Shown in pieces: positions 19,525-20,000 of a DNA stretch of 20,000 nucleotides. The stretch covers positions 48,595 through 68,594 of the forward strand of contig UYFQ01000237.1 in NCBI GenBank assembly GCA_900617105.1, given 5' to 3'. The notes beneath the pieces were generated by a model that was not told the DNA's origin, ran no database searches, and worked only from the letters and a program-made list of their open reading frames with translations. The stretch is from Hydrurus foetidus (taxonomy: Eukaryota). The first letter of the stretch is position 1; each line of letters opens with the position of its first letter. Made by a program: the position numbers and the translations under genes.

Positions 19525-20000
19525 TCCCCTTTTCTTCTTCTTTTCTTTCTTCTTCTTCTTTTCTTTTCTTTTCTTCTTCTTTTCTTTTTCTTTTCTTTTC
19601 TTTTCTTTTCTTTTCTTTTCTTTTCTTTTCTTTTCTTTCTTCTTTCTTTTCTTTTCTTCTTCTTTCTTTCTTTTCTTTCTTCTTTCTTTCTTTCTTTCTT
19701 TCTTTTCTTCTTTTCTTTTCTTTCTTTCTTTTCTTTTCTTTCTTCTTTTCTTTTCTTTTCTTTTCTTTCTTCTTTCTTTTCTTTCTTTTTTTCTTCTTCC
19801 TTTTCTTCTTTCTTTCCTCTTCTTCTTTCCTCTTCCTTTTCTTTTCTTCTTCTTTTCTTTCTTCTTTTCTTTTCTTCTTTTTCTTTCTTCTTTCTTCTTT
19901 CCTTCTTTCTTTTCTTCTTTTCTTCTTTCTTTCTTCTTTCTTTTCTTTTCTTTTCTTTTCTTTTCTTTCTTTTCTTTCTTCTTTTCTTTCTTTTCTTTCT
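19525..20000. repeat. Pure polypyrimidine/polypurine tract (TTTTC/TTC/TTTC mosaics), at least 476 bp
   Basis: Only C and T occur on the + strand from 19525 to the window end. Confidence 0.97.

Noticed and set aside
19525..20000. Stop-free K/E/R-rich frames on the minus strand
   Set aside because: A trivial consequence of a purine-only strand; the irregular unit lengths are inconsistent with coding constraint.

Overview
Eukaryotic, intron-containing genomic DNA with GT-AG introns of 77-887 nt. The gene content is consistent with a protist, probably a stramenopile/ochrophyte; this is an inference. Six protein-coding genes can be built by hand. (1) A 5' fragment of an unknown minus-strand gene runs off the left edge and is absent from the ORF track. 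(2) A divergent single-exon gene has a MAP10/HPHLAWLY-like N-terminal domain. (3) A 5-exon coiled-coil/low-complexity protein. (4) A 3-exon TPR + PLOD-type 2OG-Fe(II) dioxygenase. (5) A 3-exon signal-anchored FkbM-like methyltransferase. (6) A 4-exon heat-shock transcription factor (HSF) on the minus strand. The right end is decayed DNA: a probable frameshifted pseudogene, a P-element/THAP9-type transposase fragment (also missed by the ORF track) and a 476-nt pure pyrimidine tract. Notable non-coding features are a cluster of CHR-like TTTGAA motifs in the divergent promoter, a hAT-like MITE candidate in an intron, and an intronic modular minisatellite carrying 18 perfect TACTAAC branch-point motifs. 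I see no rRNA, tRNA or CRISPR, and no clearly novel multi-gene system.
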